This document shows, one piece after another, positions 8,071 to 18,140 of a DNA stretch of 51,090 nt. Position 1 is the stretch's first letter, and the number at the start of each line of letters is the position of its first letter. Source of the stretch: Verrucomicrobia bacterium Opi.OSU.00C (GTDB lineage: Bacteria; Verrucomicrobiota; Verrucomicrobiia; Opitutales; PNEW01); the NCBI GenBank assembly GCA_002922725.1, contig PNEW01000004.1:1-51090 (forward strand), in the 5' to 3' direction. The translations under genes and the position numbers were made by a program. Below the pieces are notes generated by a model, which was given only the letters and a program-made list of their open reading frames with translations, was not told the DNA's origin and ran no database searches.

Positions 8071-9348
8071 TCATAAATTTATTTTAATTCCACGTCGAAG
8101 ATATGTCGGCACGTCAAGGTCTTCACCTTCATAGAAATTTCGTTCAGTTTTATTGAATTCTCCTCTTTGTTCCTCATCACTAGAAAACATAAATTCAACC
8201 TGATTATCTTTTGTATTATTTAGATCATTAATTTTAGATTTATGAACAGCAGGGGGATAAAGCTCCATTTTCCGTTTTCTTGAGGTTGGGTTCTGGGTAT
8301 GTTTCATGGAGTTGAAAGCAGGTTTTACTGATGGGTAACGTCTTCTTATGCCGTCCAGATTTGTCGTACCCAGTACTGTTATGCTCAACTTTTGTTGCAT
8401 ACTCTCATCAATATAAGCACCCAAAACAATATTATCTTTACTCCCAAATTGTTCACCGACAACCGTCATGATCTCATTTATTTTATTCATAGTAAGATCA
8501 GTCCCACCATAAACATTTACAATTAATGAGTCTGCGCGTTTTGAAAATTCTGGTGTATGTAGTAAAGGACAAAGCCTTAGATCATCAAAAGCTTTATCGA
8601 CATAGTTGTCACCTTCACCATAACCAAGACCAAAAAGAGTCTTTCCTCCTCTATCTTCAAAAGCGTTTCTCAATGTAGAAAAATCGACATTTATAAGACC
8701 AGTCCTTTTTATCATTGACCAAATAGAATGCACACCACGGTAAATCCATTCATCTGCAAGAGTAAATGCATCGAGAACGGTTGCACTATCATCAACTTGC
8801 TGTAGAAGAATATCGTTAGGTAGTGGAATAACCGCATGACACAAATCCCTCAATTGCGCAAGACTCTCCTCTGCTTGGTTATGCCGGCGAATTCCTTCAT
8901 TTGTAAATGGTAATGTAACAAAAGCGATAATTAGGGCTTTCTGATTTGCAGCTATCTCTGCGAGAACAGGTGCTGCCCCACTGCCTGTTCCTCCTCCTAA
9001 TCCAACAATTAAAAAGACTAGATCAATTCCGTTAACGAGCTGAAGTAATTGATCTTTATCAAATTCTGCCGCACGCTTACCTATATCGGCGTCGCCACCA
9101 GCACTTAGACCACGGGTGATCTCACGCCCAATCATAACTTTATCCTCGATAAGCGAGTTACTTAAAACTTTACTGTCAGTATTAACTACCGCTAGGTCAA
9201 CTTCATCGAGATGATCCAGTTTAATCCGGTCAACTGCGTTATTGCCAGCCCCACCAATACCAATGATTTTTATCCGGATCATTTCATCATTTACCTGACC
9301 ACTGAACATTTTATTTGGATTACTAAAATTTTCGCTTTCGCTATGCAT
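8071..9348 (-). CDS. ftsZ: Cell division protein FtsZ
   Basis: IGIGGAGNNA, VNTD, GLGGGTGSG tubulin signature, PF..EG, C-terminal DLDVPTYLR. Last gene of the dcw cluster. Confidence 0.96.
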   Translation of the reverse strand: MHSESENFSNPNKMFSGQVNDEMIRIKIIGIGGAGNNAVDRIKLDHLDEVDLAVVNTDSKVLSNSLIEDKVMIGREITRGLSAGGDADIGKRAAEFDKDQLLQLVNGIDLVFLIVGLGGGTGSGAAPVLAEIAANQKALIIAFVTLPFTNEGIRRHNQAEESLAQLRDLCHAVIPLPNDILLQQVDDSATVLDAFTLADEWIYRGVHSIWSMIKRTGLINVDFSTLRNAFEDRGGKTLFGLGYGEGDNYVDKAFDDLRLCPLLHTPEFSKRADSLIVNVYGGTDLTMNKINEIMTVVGEQFGSKDNIVLGAYIDESMQQKLSITVLGTTNLDGIRRRYPSVKPAFNSMKHTQNPTSRKRKMELYPPAVHKSKINDLNNTKDNQVEFMFSSDEEQRGEFNKTERNFYEGEDLDVPTYLRRGIKINL

Positions 9349-9355
9349 AATACGA

Positions 9356-10566
9356 TTATAAGTTAAATATATTGGCTACTTTACTAAATATTCCTGATTT
9401 CTTTAAACCCTGATCCTCTTTATTCTGGGCTGTTAGACCATAGTAAAGTAGCCCCAAAACAGTGCTGTATTCTGGTTTACGTAAATCGTTCCTCACCCAG
9501 GAAGGGTTATCACCCACCCGGGTAGACACCCCTAATCGCAGTGATGCTGCATCGGCGATTTTTGGTAAACGTGACACCCCTCCCGTCAAAATCACACCAG
9601 CTGCTAATTCTTCAGGGTTTAGGAATTCGACAAGCTCTTTTTTAACGATTCCAAAGAGCTCATCTATTCTTGCTTTAAGTATTTGATAAATTGCTAAACG
9701 AGATATTGCGCGATCACCAATTGTCAAGTCACCGAAGAGCCAAACTTTATCATCTTTATCTTCATTATCAATAATCGCTTTACCAAATTCTAATTTGAGT
9801 TTCTCTGCCTGTTGTTTATTTACACGCAATCCCAAACTTAAGTCGTTTGTCAGGTGATCACCCCCAACACTTATTACTCCCGTCCGCACAATATGTCCGT
9901 TGTTGTAAAGCAAATAGTCCGTAGTGCTACAACCAATATCTAAGACAAGTACACCATTTTGTTTTTCCTCTTCACTCGTAACCATGCAGCCTGAAGCAAT
10001 ACTTGAAATTATCATATCCTCAACTTTTAAACCAAACCCATTAATTACATGGATATGATCACTAACCTTTCTTTCATCTCCTTCTATATGCCAATAAGTA
10101 ACATTTAATTCGTCACCTTCCATCTGATGTGGGTCTTTAATCGATCTTCCATCTAATTGAAAACCACACTGTACATGATGTATATAAACGCGTCTGGGAG
10201 GTAGCTCCTTACGCTTGGCATTTTCTATTACACTTTGGACATCACTCTGGCGAACAAGATTATCAGGCGAACTAACCATGACAGATCCTTTATTCGAAAA
10301 ACCTTGGAGGTGTCTTCCAGTTTGAGCAAGAAATACTCCTTCAATTATAGCCCCTGCATTTTTTTCCGCTGCGATGATCGCAGCATGAGTACAATCACTC
10401 GCAGCACGAAAATCAATTATTTCACCTTTTCTTACACCCATCGCTGTAGACTGCCCCATCCCAATGATATTGAGACTTCTTCCTTCATCGATAATTTCAC
10501 CAACCATTACGACGACTTTCGCCCCCCCCCTATTTCAACTGCACCAATGATTCTATTCTCGTTCAT
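9356..10566 (-). CDS. ftsA: Cell division protein FtsA; 5' end interrupted by a frameshift in a G9 run (intact ORF 9356..10507)
   Basis: GVRKG, VLDIG, GGDHLTNDL, AEKLK, LTGG. The upstream frame from ATG 10566 reads MNENRIIGAVEIG and shifts at 10522-10530 into AKVVVMVGE. Confidence 0.9.
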
Positions 10567-10595
10567 AATTGGGTTGTAAGTTTATTTATTTATAT

Positions 10596-11534
10596 TCAAT
10601 TTCTAAACTTTCTCGGGCCAATATCCCGATATAATTGTACTGCAACTTCGTCTTTTACCGAGAGATCAATACGTTTAATATTATAGATATCGTTGCTTTT
10701 GGAGTATTTTATAACGCGAGCTAATTGAGCTAATTGCCGATCAAAATCAAATGGAGCAAATATTATTTCACGCACAATACTACTTCGTACTTTAATAAAT
10801 TCATCAGACAAGCCATTAAGTTCATCGAATTCTTTACAAGAAACTACCTCCCATGACTTAAATATGTTCGGATAATTCAATTTTGCTAAATCCAATAGTT
10901 GTGAAATTATTTCTATCCCAGAAAGAGAAAAGATGTGATCGCCATTCTGTTTGAATCGAACTCCATCTAAATAAGGTAAATGTTTGTTTTTTGTTATTTT
11001 ATAGCTCTCGTGAAAATATACTGTCCCATCCCTAGCGATGTAAACTTCCTCTATTTTCTTTTTATTCCTTCGGACTCTAGCACGTAATACAGGCTCTCTT
11101 TCTATAACCTCAATATGCAATTCATCTGGAAACTTTCGTGAGACCACTGCAGAATTTATCTGTCCTTTCTTTTCCAACATTTGTTTGATCGCAAAAATAT
11201 CTACCTCCATAATTGTAGCATCCTGTGGCCATGCGATATTTTGTTCGAACCAATGGTGATCTAACTCTCCATTACTTTGAAAGTTAATACGGCGCACAGG
11301 AGCAGAGGTACCAGCAAGAATTATCTGGTTATCATTTGAGCGGAAAAAGTGAACACTATAAGCAATACCTCCAGCCATAAATAAAATTATAATAATGACA
11401 CCACACATTTTAGCACGCCCAAAAATTTTACGTTTGCGAGCTATTGTGCTGACCGCTTGTCGACCAGCTGTTTGCTTAATTCCACGCCAATTTCTAGTCT
11501 CTATACAACTTGATTTAATTTTTGCCATGATCAA
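10596..11534 (-). CDS. ftsQ: Cell division protein FtsQ/DivIB
   Basis: Basic N-terminus, single TM helix, POTRA-like V.RKFPDELHIEVIEREP, C-terminal IDLS. Lies between ddl and ftsA. Confidence 0.85.
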   Translation of the reverse strand: MIMAKIKSSCIETRNWRGIKQTAGRQAVSTIARKRKIFGRAKMCGVIIIILFMAGGIAYSVHFFRSNDNQIILAGTSAPVRRINFQSNGELDHHWFEQNIAWPQDATIMEVDIFAIKQMLEKKGQINSAVVSRKFPDELHIEVIEREPVLRARVRRNKKKIEEVYIARDGTVYFHESYKITKNKHLPYLDGVRFKQNGDHIFSLSGIEIISQLLDLAKLNYPNIFKSWEVVSCKEFDELNGLSDEFIKVRSSIVREIIFAPFDFDRQLAQLARVIKYSKSNDIYNIKRIDLSVKDEVAVQLYRDIGPRKFRN

Positions 11535-12457
11535 TTGCTTCGCAAAGCGTAAAACCTATTTATTGCAGGTAAAACTAGACTTTGGGCCAATTGAGGAAAA
11601 TCATATCCCAGACAACAGGCACTTTTACGTAAGAGGCTTGTAGAAGTAAGACCAGGAAGAGTATTTATTTCTAGAAAATAGCTTCCCTCACTATTCGAAG
11701 TCATAAAATCAACACGGATAAAATCACGGCAACCGCAAATGTCAAAGACAGATTCAGCGACTTCACGAATTTCTTTCTCCAATGAATATCCAAGTCTAGC
11801 AGGGTAATGATATTCTGTCATTCCTTCTGTATACTTGTGTCTGTAATCATAAATACCATTTTTGGGGATTATTTCTACCAAACCCATTCCTTTTCCCTCA
11901 AGTACCCCAATTGAAATTTCTCTTCCTTGAATCCTCTGTTCAAAAAGCCAATTTCCTGAAATAAGTTTGGCCATTTTTTTATTGAGAGCTTCCTCATTTT
12001 CAGCAATGAATACATCTATACTACTCCCCTCACACAAAGGTTTAACTACGATATTACTACCAAGTTTAGCTACTACTTCGTTCACAGTTGGTAAATTAGG
12101 GGCTGTCGCTAATAAATCTTTGGCAACACGTATGCCAGAATCTGCTACAAGCGTTTTTGTTTCTTTTTTATTAATACACAAACGACTCGATTCAGAATCA
12201 CAGCCAACATAAGAAAATTTCTCCTTTTCTAACAATTTTTGTATCTCCCCATCTTCACCAAAAGTTCCATGCAAAGTTAAAAAAATAATCTGATTGTCAG
12301 GATCAAGATTTTTTGGAAGAGCCATTTCATTTAATTCAATGAGATCAACAGAATAATTCTTTTTTAATGCAGCTGTAACTGCCTGACCGGATTCTAATGA
12401 GACATTACGTTCTTTTGAAATACCTCCAGCCAAAACAGCGATAGAAAGATTACTCAT
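11531..12457 (-). CDS. ddl: D-alanine--D-alanine ligase
   Basis: GGISKERNVSLESG, LHGTFGEDG, EGSS, YDYRHKY, RVDF, LEINTLPG. Confidence 0.95.
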   Translation of the reverse strand: MSNLSIAVLAGGISKERNVSLESGQAVTAALKKNYSVDLIELNEMALPKNLDPDNQIIFLTLHGTFGEDGEIQKLLEKEKFSYVGCDSESSRLCINKKETKTLVADSGIRVAKDLLATAPNLPTVNEVVAKLGSNIVVKPLCEGSSIDVFIAENEEALNKKMAKLISGNWLFEQRIQGREISIGVLEGKGMGLVEIIPKNGIYDYRHKYTEGMTEYHYPARLGYSLEKEIREVAESVFDICGCRDFIRVDFMTSNSEGSYFLEINTLPGLTSTSLLRKSACCLGYDFPQLAQSLVLPAINRFYALRSN

Positions 12458-14775
12458 AGTACTTCATTCCAATTTTTGCCCATAAGAAGGACTTCAGGTT
12501 CGAGATCAAATCCTCGATTAGCCTTTACCTCTCTTCGTATGTCTTTTATTAATGAAATAATATCTTTACTCGTTGCTCCACCACGGTTAATAATAAAATT
12601 ACCGTGAAGCTTTGATATTTGAGCTGCCCCAATCTTCCTCCCCTTGAGGCCTAATTCATCAATAATCTGCCCTGCATAAGACCCCTCAGGATTTTTAAAG
12701 ATACACCCAGCGCTTGGTTCACGAGGTTGGCTACTTTTTCGGATACTTGAAAACGACTTAATTTTATTTTTAATAGTTATTTCTTCCGCACTTGAAGTTG
12801 CATGTAAAGTCGCCCCTATCGCAACTGTATTTTTAAGCTCTTCGCATGCCCGATAGCTAATATGAACATCTTTGCGTTTTATATTTTTTAATTCTCCTTC
12901 CCATGTAACTAATTGAATTTCATCTACGATATCAAATATCCATCCACCCATCGCACCAGCATTCATTCGAAGTGATCCTCCTAAAGTCCCTGGTATCCCT
13001 TCGAGGAATTCAAATCCCGTTAGACCTAATTTTATACCTTCAACACAAATTTTATTCAATCGCACTCCTGCTCCTACCCAAATCCGACCATCACCTAATG
13101 GTCGGATTTGTTTCCAGTAATTATGGTTAAGGCGAACGACTAAACCTTGAAACCCCTCATCAGGAACAATTAGATTAGAACCTCTACCAATAAAATATAC
13201 TTGAATTTTATTTTTATTTGATTCGTTTAAAAGAACTCGTAAATCTTTCTCAGACGCCGGTTCTGCATAATAGCGTGTGTTCCCCCCAACTTTTAAGGTC
13301 GTTTTATTAGCAAGTGATTCAAAATCAGCTATTTTTGTTTGCTTATCCATTTTATGTGATAAATCGATCCACCATTTTCCATCTTTACTCATTCTCTGTT
13401 TACAATTAATCACTTTTGGGGACTTATTTTTTATTATCGCGACAACCGCTTTGGCCCATTCATTTATGTCGCCTGCTCCTACAAAAAGCAAAACCGAAGG
13501 ACCTTTTAATTTACGTTCAAGGTTGTTGCTCAATTCTTCTATCGAATTAACTATTCTACCTCGTGAAACATTTGGGAGAAGTGTGAGCAAATCAATACTT
13601 GTCCCACCTTCACAAGGACTCTCATTAGCCTCGTAGACATTAAGAAGATAAATTACATTCGCTTTTTTCAAGACTTCAGCAAATTCCTTTTTATAGTAAA
13701 GTGTTCGTGAATAGCGATGAGGCTGGAAAACAATAATTATTTGATTGTCTGGGTAGTCCTCACGAATGAACTTTAATAGAGATCCTATCTCTTCAGGGTG
13801 ATGCGCATAATCTTCAAAAATAGTTAATTGAGAACTACTATAAAGGATAGTCTGTCGACGTCTTATACCTGGAAAGAGTTCAAGTGATTGCTTATTAAGA
13901 TGTGTCGTCAAGTAGTGCGTTACGGCTAATGCTCCCAAGGCGTTGATCGCATTAAAATAACCGGGCACAGGTACCGACACTTCACATTTAGAGAAACGAC
14001 CACTTAATTGTAATGATAAATTTTTACGACTCTGTCGTACAATTTTACCAGCATAATCTCCATCTTTACCGAAACTTAACCGTTCAGCCGTAATATTTCT
14101 CTGAGATATTTGTCCTAAATATTTGTAGTCGGTCGGTAAAAACACAGATTTTTCAGTCCGCTGAAAAAGCCGTCCAAAAGTATTTTCTAATTCATCTAGA
14201 TTGCGATATTGATCAGGATGATCCCAATCTAGATTTGTCGTTAGCGTTATTTCAGGTGAAAATTCATTTATTGTTCCATCACTTTCATCGATTTCAGCAA
14301 TAATCCATTCACTTCCACCATCAAACTTGGCAGGCAAGTAGTAATTGCCATTAAATAATGCTCCTAAAATATAACTAAATTTAAATCCCTCTTTTTCCAA
14401 AGCAGCTATAAGCATACCTGAAGTTGTCGTTTTACCGTGGCTACCCACTATTGCGATAAGTTTTTTATCAGCCACCGTATTAGCCAACATAACCCCTCGC
14501 TTCAATATAGGCAGTCCACGTTCAATTGCTACACGATAACAAGGGTGGGCTTCATTAATCGCACTTGAATAAATAACTGTATCAATGTCTTTCGAAATTT
14601 CAGGCTCTGACTCTATACTAATATCATTGTTCATTAGCAGATTTGAAATCGGGTTACTAATATTATCATCGTAACCACTAATTTTATGACCACCACTCTG
14701 CAAATAAAGAGCTAAGGGAGCCATCCCCATACCGCCAATTCCTATCATATAAATATTTTTACTTTGCTCGTTCAT
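12454..14775 (-). CDS. murC: Bifunctional UDP-N-acetylmuramate--L-alanine ligase / UDP-N-acetylenolpyruvoylglucosamine reductase (MurC-MurB fusion)
   Basis: MurC motifs IGIGGMGM, GSHGKTTT, EIDESD, DYAHHP. MurB motifs TTLKVGG, GRGSN, GIPGTLGG..MNAGA, GCIFKNP, HGNF, LEPEV. Confidence 0.93.
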   Translation of the reverse strand: MNEQSKNIYMIGIGGMGMAPLALYLQSGGHKISGYDDNISNPISNLLMNNDISIESEPEISKDIDTVIYSSAINEAHPCYRVAIERGLPILKRGVMLANTVADKKLIAIVGSHGKTTTSGMLIAALEKEGFKFSYILGALFNGNYYLPAKFDGGSEWIIAEIDESDGTINEFSPEITLTTNLDWDHPDQYRNLDELENTFGRLFQRTEKSVFLPTDYKYLGQISQRNITAERLSFGKDGDYAGKIVRQSRKNLSLQLSGRFSKCEVSVPVPGYFNAINALGALAVTHYLTTHLNKQSLELFPGIRRRQTILYSSSQLTIFEDYAHHPEEIGSLLKFIREDYPDNQIIIVFQPHRYSRTLYYKKEFAEVLKKANVIYLLNVYEANESPCEGGTSIDLLTLLPNVSRGRIVNSIEELSNNLERKLKGPSVLLFVGAGDINEWAKAVVAIIKNKSPKVINCKQRMSKDGKWWIDLSHKMDKQTKIADFESLANKTTLKVGGNTRYYAEPASEKDLRVLLNESNKNKIQVYFIGRGSNLIVPDEGFQGLVVRLNHNYWKQIRPLGDGRIWVGAGVRLNKICVEGIKLGLTGFEFLEGIPGTLGGSLRMNAGAMGGWIFDIVDEIQLVTWEGELKNIKRKDVHISYRACEELKNTVAIGATLHATSSAEEITIKNKIKSFSSIRKSSQPREPSAGCIFKNPEGSYAGQIIDELGLKGRKIGAAQISKLHGNFIINRGGATSKDIISLIKDIRREVKANRGFDLEPEVLLMGKNWNEVL

Positions 14776-14777
14776 TA

Positions 14778-15905
14778 TTATACAACCTGCAGCCTTTTAC
14801 TATTGCTCTTTTTAGTAAATTTAGATGAAAGATTTTCAAGATCATGTACGATCAATTCAGCACTTTTACTTGGATTTAAGCGCTGAAGGTTTTGTCTAAA
14901 TTTATCTAAAAGCCAATCGTTATAAATTAGTTCAATAACTTCACTCTTCAAACCCTCCATTTGATCCTGCTCAATCGTCAAACTTGCACCCAACTGTTCG
15001 AGAAACCGTGCATTTGCAAGTTGGTGATTATCCGTTGCATTAGGATAAGGCACGAGAATAGAGGGAACTCTACATTGCATTAATTCAGCAATTGTACCCG
15101 CACCAGCCCTTGAGAGGATTAAATCTGCTGCCGACATGAGAACACCCATGTTATCACAAAATGTAGAATAATAAGCTTTTACTACCTCATTAGATGTTGA
15201 CCGATGCTCAAAGACCCCATTATTCCCCTTTCCCAAACCGGTTACACAATAAACACTAATTCCTTCAGTACCCAACTTTTCAAAGTTTGCATTAACCCAT
15301 TCATTAAGTACCTGAGCACCCTGACAACCACCTAAAACCACAAGTAATTTACCATTAACATCGATACGAAGCGTCCTACGCGCCAACTCTTTTGGGGTGC
15401 GTCGTATTCCCTTGCGCAATGGATATCCAAAATATTTTATCGAATCCAAGGGAACCCCAGCTAATTGAACTCCTTCAGGAAGATATAACCGTTTGACTAA
15501 TCCACGTAAGTACCGTGTTGCCTTTCCCGGCTTGCGATTAGCCTCATGAATAGCAATTGGACATCCATGAATGACCCCCGCAATAGTAATTCCAACTGTG
15601 ATAAAACCCCCAAAGGCAACAATTATATCAGGTCGTTTATTCCGTAATAGACTGAAAGCAAATATGAGCAATTGGAACTGTTGAATAAAAAACTTAACAA
15701 ATCTTAATGGACTGAATGAAAATCCTGCCCCTGGCGCGCGCACAAAATCAAGTTGTGGGTACTTTCTGACCAAACGGGAATCAACTTCTTTTTTACTAAT
15801 AATAAGCCAACAATGATGCCCCTCTTCAATAAGCCGTTCAGCAAGGGAAATACCAGGAGCTAAATGTCCTCCCGTTCCGCCACATGATATAACAAAATTA
15901 CTCAT
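14778..15905 (-). CDS. murG: Undecaprenyl-PP-MurNAc-pentapeptide GlcNAc transferase MurG
   Basis: GGTGGH, FGGF, HEAN, GYPLR, GGCQGA, SRAGAGT, HQLANA. Start set to the ATG at 15905, overlapping the ftsW stop (ORF track extends to 15986). Confidence 0.95.
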   Translation of the reverse strand: MSNFVISCGGTGGHLAPGISLAERLIEEGHHCWLIISKKEVDSRLVRKYPQLDFVRAPGAGFSFSPLRFVKFFIQQFQLLIFAFSLLRNKRPDIIVAFGGFITVGITIAGVIHGCPIAIHEANRKPGKATRYLRGLVKRLYLPEGVQLAGVPLDSIKYFGYPLRKGIRRTPKELARRTLRIDVNGKLLVVLGGCQGAQVLNEWVNANFEKLGTEGISVYCVTGLGKGNNGVFEHRSTSNEVVKAYYSTFCDNMGVLMSAADLILSRAGAGTIAELMQCRVPSILVPYPNATDNHQLANARFLEQLGASLTIEQDQMEGLKSEVIELIYNDWLLDKFRQNLQRLNPSKSAELIVHDLENLSSKFTKKSNSKRLQVV

Positions 15906-17029
15906 ATTTCCCGTGGTTTTCGAAGTGGTGATCGATTCCATTCCTGGAGAAAATTCAAAATTATTCCTACAAGGAAAAACATACATACAAGATTAGAGCC
16001 TCCATAACTTATAAAGGGCAGTGACATGCCTTTAGTCGGTAGGCACCCCGTAACAATACCGAAATTTAGCAATGCCTGAAGGGTAATAAGCATGAGAGCT
16101 CCACTTGCGAAAAGAAACTGAAAAAGGTTTGATGAGCGACGCAGTTGCCATACGCCAATTAAAAAAATACCCAGAAAAACAAAAACCACTCCAGTCGTAA
16201 AAAAAAACCCTAACTCTTCACCTATAATAGGAAAAATAAAATCGGTATGAGCTTCAGGAAGGAATGCCATTTGCTGTCTACCATTACCGAGACCAACTCC
16301 CTCAACCCCACCAGCTCCAAATGCAAGAATACCTTGCCACAGCTGGTAAGCTCCATCACTCCTGTTTCCTTCTACGTCAAGAAATGCAGTGATGCGTTTA
16401 AGGCGCAAAGGATCAAGAAAAATAGCAATGCAAAAAAGAACCACACTAAGAAATACCGTTGGTATAAGATAAATAAGCCTCACACCAGCAAGAAATAGTA
16501 GGGTGAATCCAATAACTCCGATGAGAAATGCAGTACCAAAATCTGGCTGTGATAGAACTAGTACAACCACTGAACCAATGATCAGAGAGGGAATGAAAAA
16601 TCCTTGTTTAAAACTTTTAAGAGCGCGTTGATTCTTAGCAAGATAATGAGAGAGGACAAAGATCAACCCGATTTTAGCGAAATCAGATACTTGCATATTC
16701 ATCGGTCCTAGATCTAGCCAACGTCGAGCGCCATTGATTTCGAGACCTATACTTGGAATTAGGACAAGGGTGAGCATAATTAATACACTGGCAGTGATAA
16801 CCCAAACAAAGGTCCTAATCTTATCAAAATCACTAAAAAAAGCTGTAGCCGTAGCAACGATCCCAAGACAGAGCCATATCACTTGTCGTTGAACAATAAA
16901 ATATGGATCCACATATTGAGAATGAGTAACACTAAAAAGAATTATTAAACCAAGTCCTGTCAGACTAGCAACCGAAAGGATCAAAGTTAAGGCTGGAAGA
17001 TTTCTCCGAATATTTATCCACCAAGACAT
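15902..17029 (-). CDS. ftsW: Peptidoglycan glycosyltransferase FtsW (SEDS family)
   Basis: Multi-TM protein with NGARRW, QPDFGT, GAYQ, LPEAHTDF, PTKGMSLPFISYGGS. Confidence 0.95.
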   Translation of the reverse strand: MSWWINIRRNLPALTLILSVASLTGLGLIILFSVTHSQYVDPYFIVQRQVIWLCLGIVATATAFFSDFDKIRTFVWVITASVLIMLTLVLIPSIGLEINGARRWLDLGPMNMQVSDFAKIGLIFVLSHYLAKNQRALKSFKQGFFIPSLIIGSVVVLVLSQPDFGTAFLIGVIGFTLLFLAGVRLIYLIPTVFLSVVLFCIAIFLDPLRLKRITAFLDVEGNRSDGAYQLWQGILAFGAGGVEGVGLGNGRQQMAFLPEAHTDFIFPIIGEELGFFFTTGVVFVFLGIFLIGVWQLRRSSNLFQFLFASGALMLITLQALLNFGIVTGCLPTKGMSLPFISYGGSNLVCMFFLVGIILNFLQEWNRSPLRKPREI

Positions 17030-17051
17030 AGTATTAATTTATAAATATAGA

Positions 17052-18134
17052 TTAATTGCTATTTTCGGATTCTATAGGTATAACAGGAATTTTATCTTCT
17101 TCTTCCAGAAGACTACGTTCAAGATCTTCCACACTTAAAGTTTGACGGTCTTCCCTCTCCAATAATTCAAAAGGATCCAATTCTGATTCATTGTGAGTAG
17201 TTATATTTGAACTTTCATCAGTAACTTTAGGCATCATAATAAGTAATGATTGCCCGGGCTGTATTTTGTTAGGATTTATTATCCTATTTATTCGCATTAA
17301 CTCTTGAATTTTTAACCCATACTCTTGGGCAATCAAAATTAGGGTTTCTCCCTCCTGAACAATATGAATATTTTCATTACCTAAAGCTGAGAAATCAATG
17401 AATTCATCTTCAGGTACATTAATTGACTGAGAGATATAATTGCCCTCGCCCGGAATTTTCAAAAATTGTCCTATAAGAATAAAATCACTACTTAGATTAT
17501 TTATCGACTTCAAAGCTTTAATTGTTACATTATAGCGATCGGCAATTTCCGAAAGTGTATCACCAGGTTCTACCATATACTTGTTTTCACTATCCATGAT
17601 TGAGTAATCAACTGATAGGTCATCATTACCTTCAGAAGTCACATCCCCCCCAGGAATTACAATCTCCTGACCAACATAGATAATAGTTTCCCTTGTAAAT
17701 CCATTTACTCTTAATAAGTCGTTAAGAGTCACGCCATAGGCATTGGCTATTGACCACGGACTATCTCCGTTTTGAACTGTGTAGATAGAATGTGAAGTAT
17801 CCCTTAAATCACCAAGAGGCTCAAGTATGGAACCCATCTCTTCTTCTGACGTTGGCCGAGTGGGTGGATACCTCCTTTCCCTTATATTTTGTCGAGTACC
17901 ACTACTATCAAGTTCAGAATTAAAGGCTGGATCTATCTGAGTGACTGATGATTGAACACCAGGTGTTGATTTTATGCTTTCACCTTTAGGTTTTGCAGAT
18001 TCAGTAGCTTGTCGGTATTCTTCTGTTGTCATACAACCAGGCACTATCAGAAGTATGCTGAAAACAAGTAAATGTAGGCCTAGAACTACACTGAAGATTT
18101 TTGATATCTGAATATCGAATTTTGGTTTTTTCAT
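17052..18134 (-). CDS. LysM peptidoglycan-binding protein (3 LysM domains, N-terminal membrane anchor or possible lipobox)
   Basis: YTVQNGDSPWSIA, YMVEPGDTLSEIA, HIVQEGETLILIA repeats. Hydrophobic segment ending LLIVPGC. Confidence 0.9.
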   Translation of the reverse strand: MKKPKFDIQISKIFSVVLGLHLLVFSILLIVPGCMTTEEYRQATESAKPKGESIKSTPGVQSSVTQIDPAFNSELDSSGTRQNIRERRYPPTRPTSEEEMGSILEPLGDLRDTSHSIYTVQNGDSPWSIANAYGVTLNDLLRVNGFTRETIIYVGQEIVIPGGDVTSEGNDDLSVDYSIMDSENKYMVEPGDTLSEIADRYNVTIKALKSINNLSSDFILIGQFLKIPGEGNYISQSINVPEDEFIDFSALGNENIHIVQEGETLILIAQEYGLKIQELMRINRIINPNKIQPGQSLLIMMPKVTDESSNITTHNESELDPFELLEREDRQTLSVEDLERSLLEEEDKIPVIPIESENSN

Positions 18135-18140
18135 TATATT

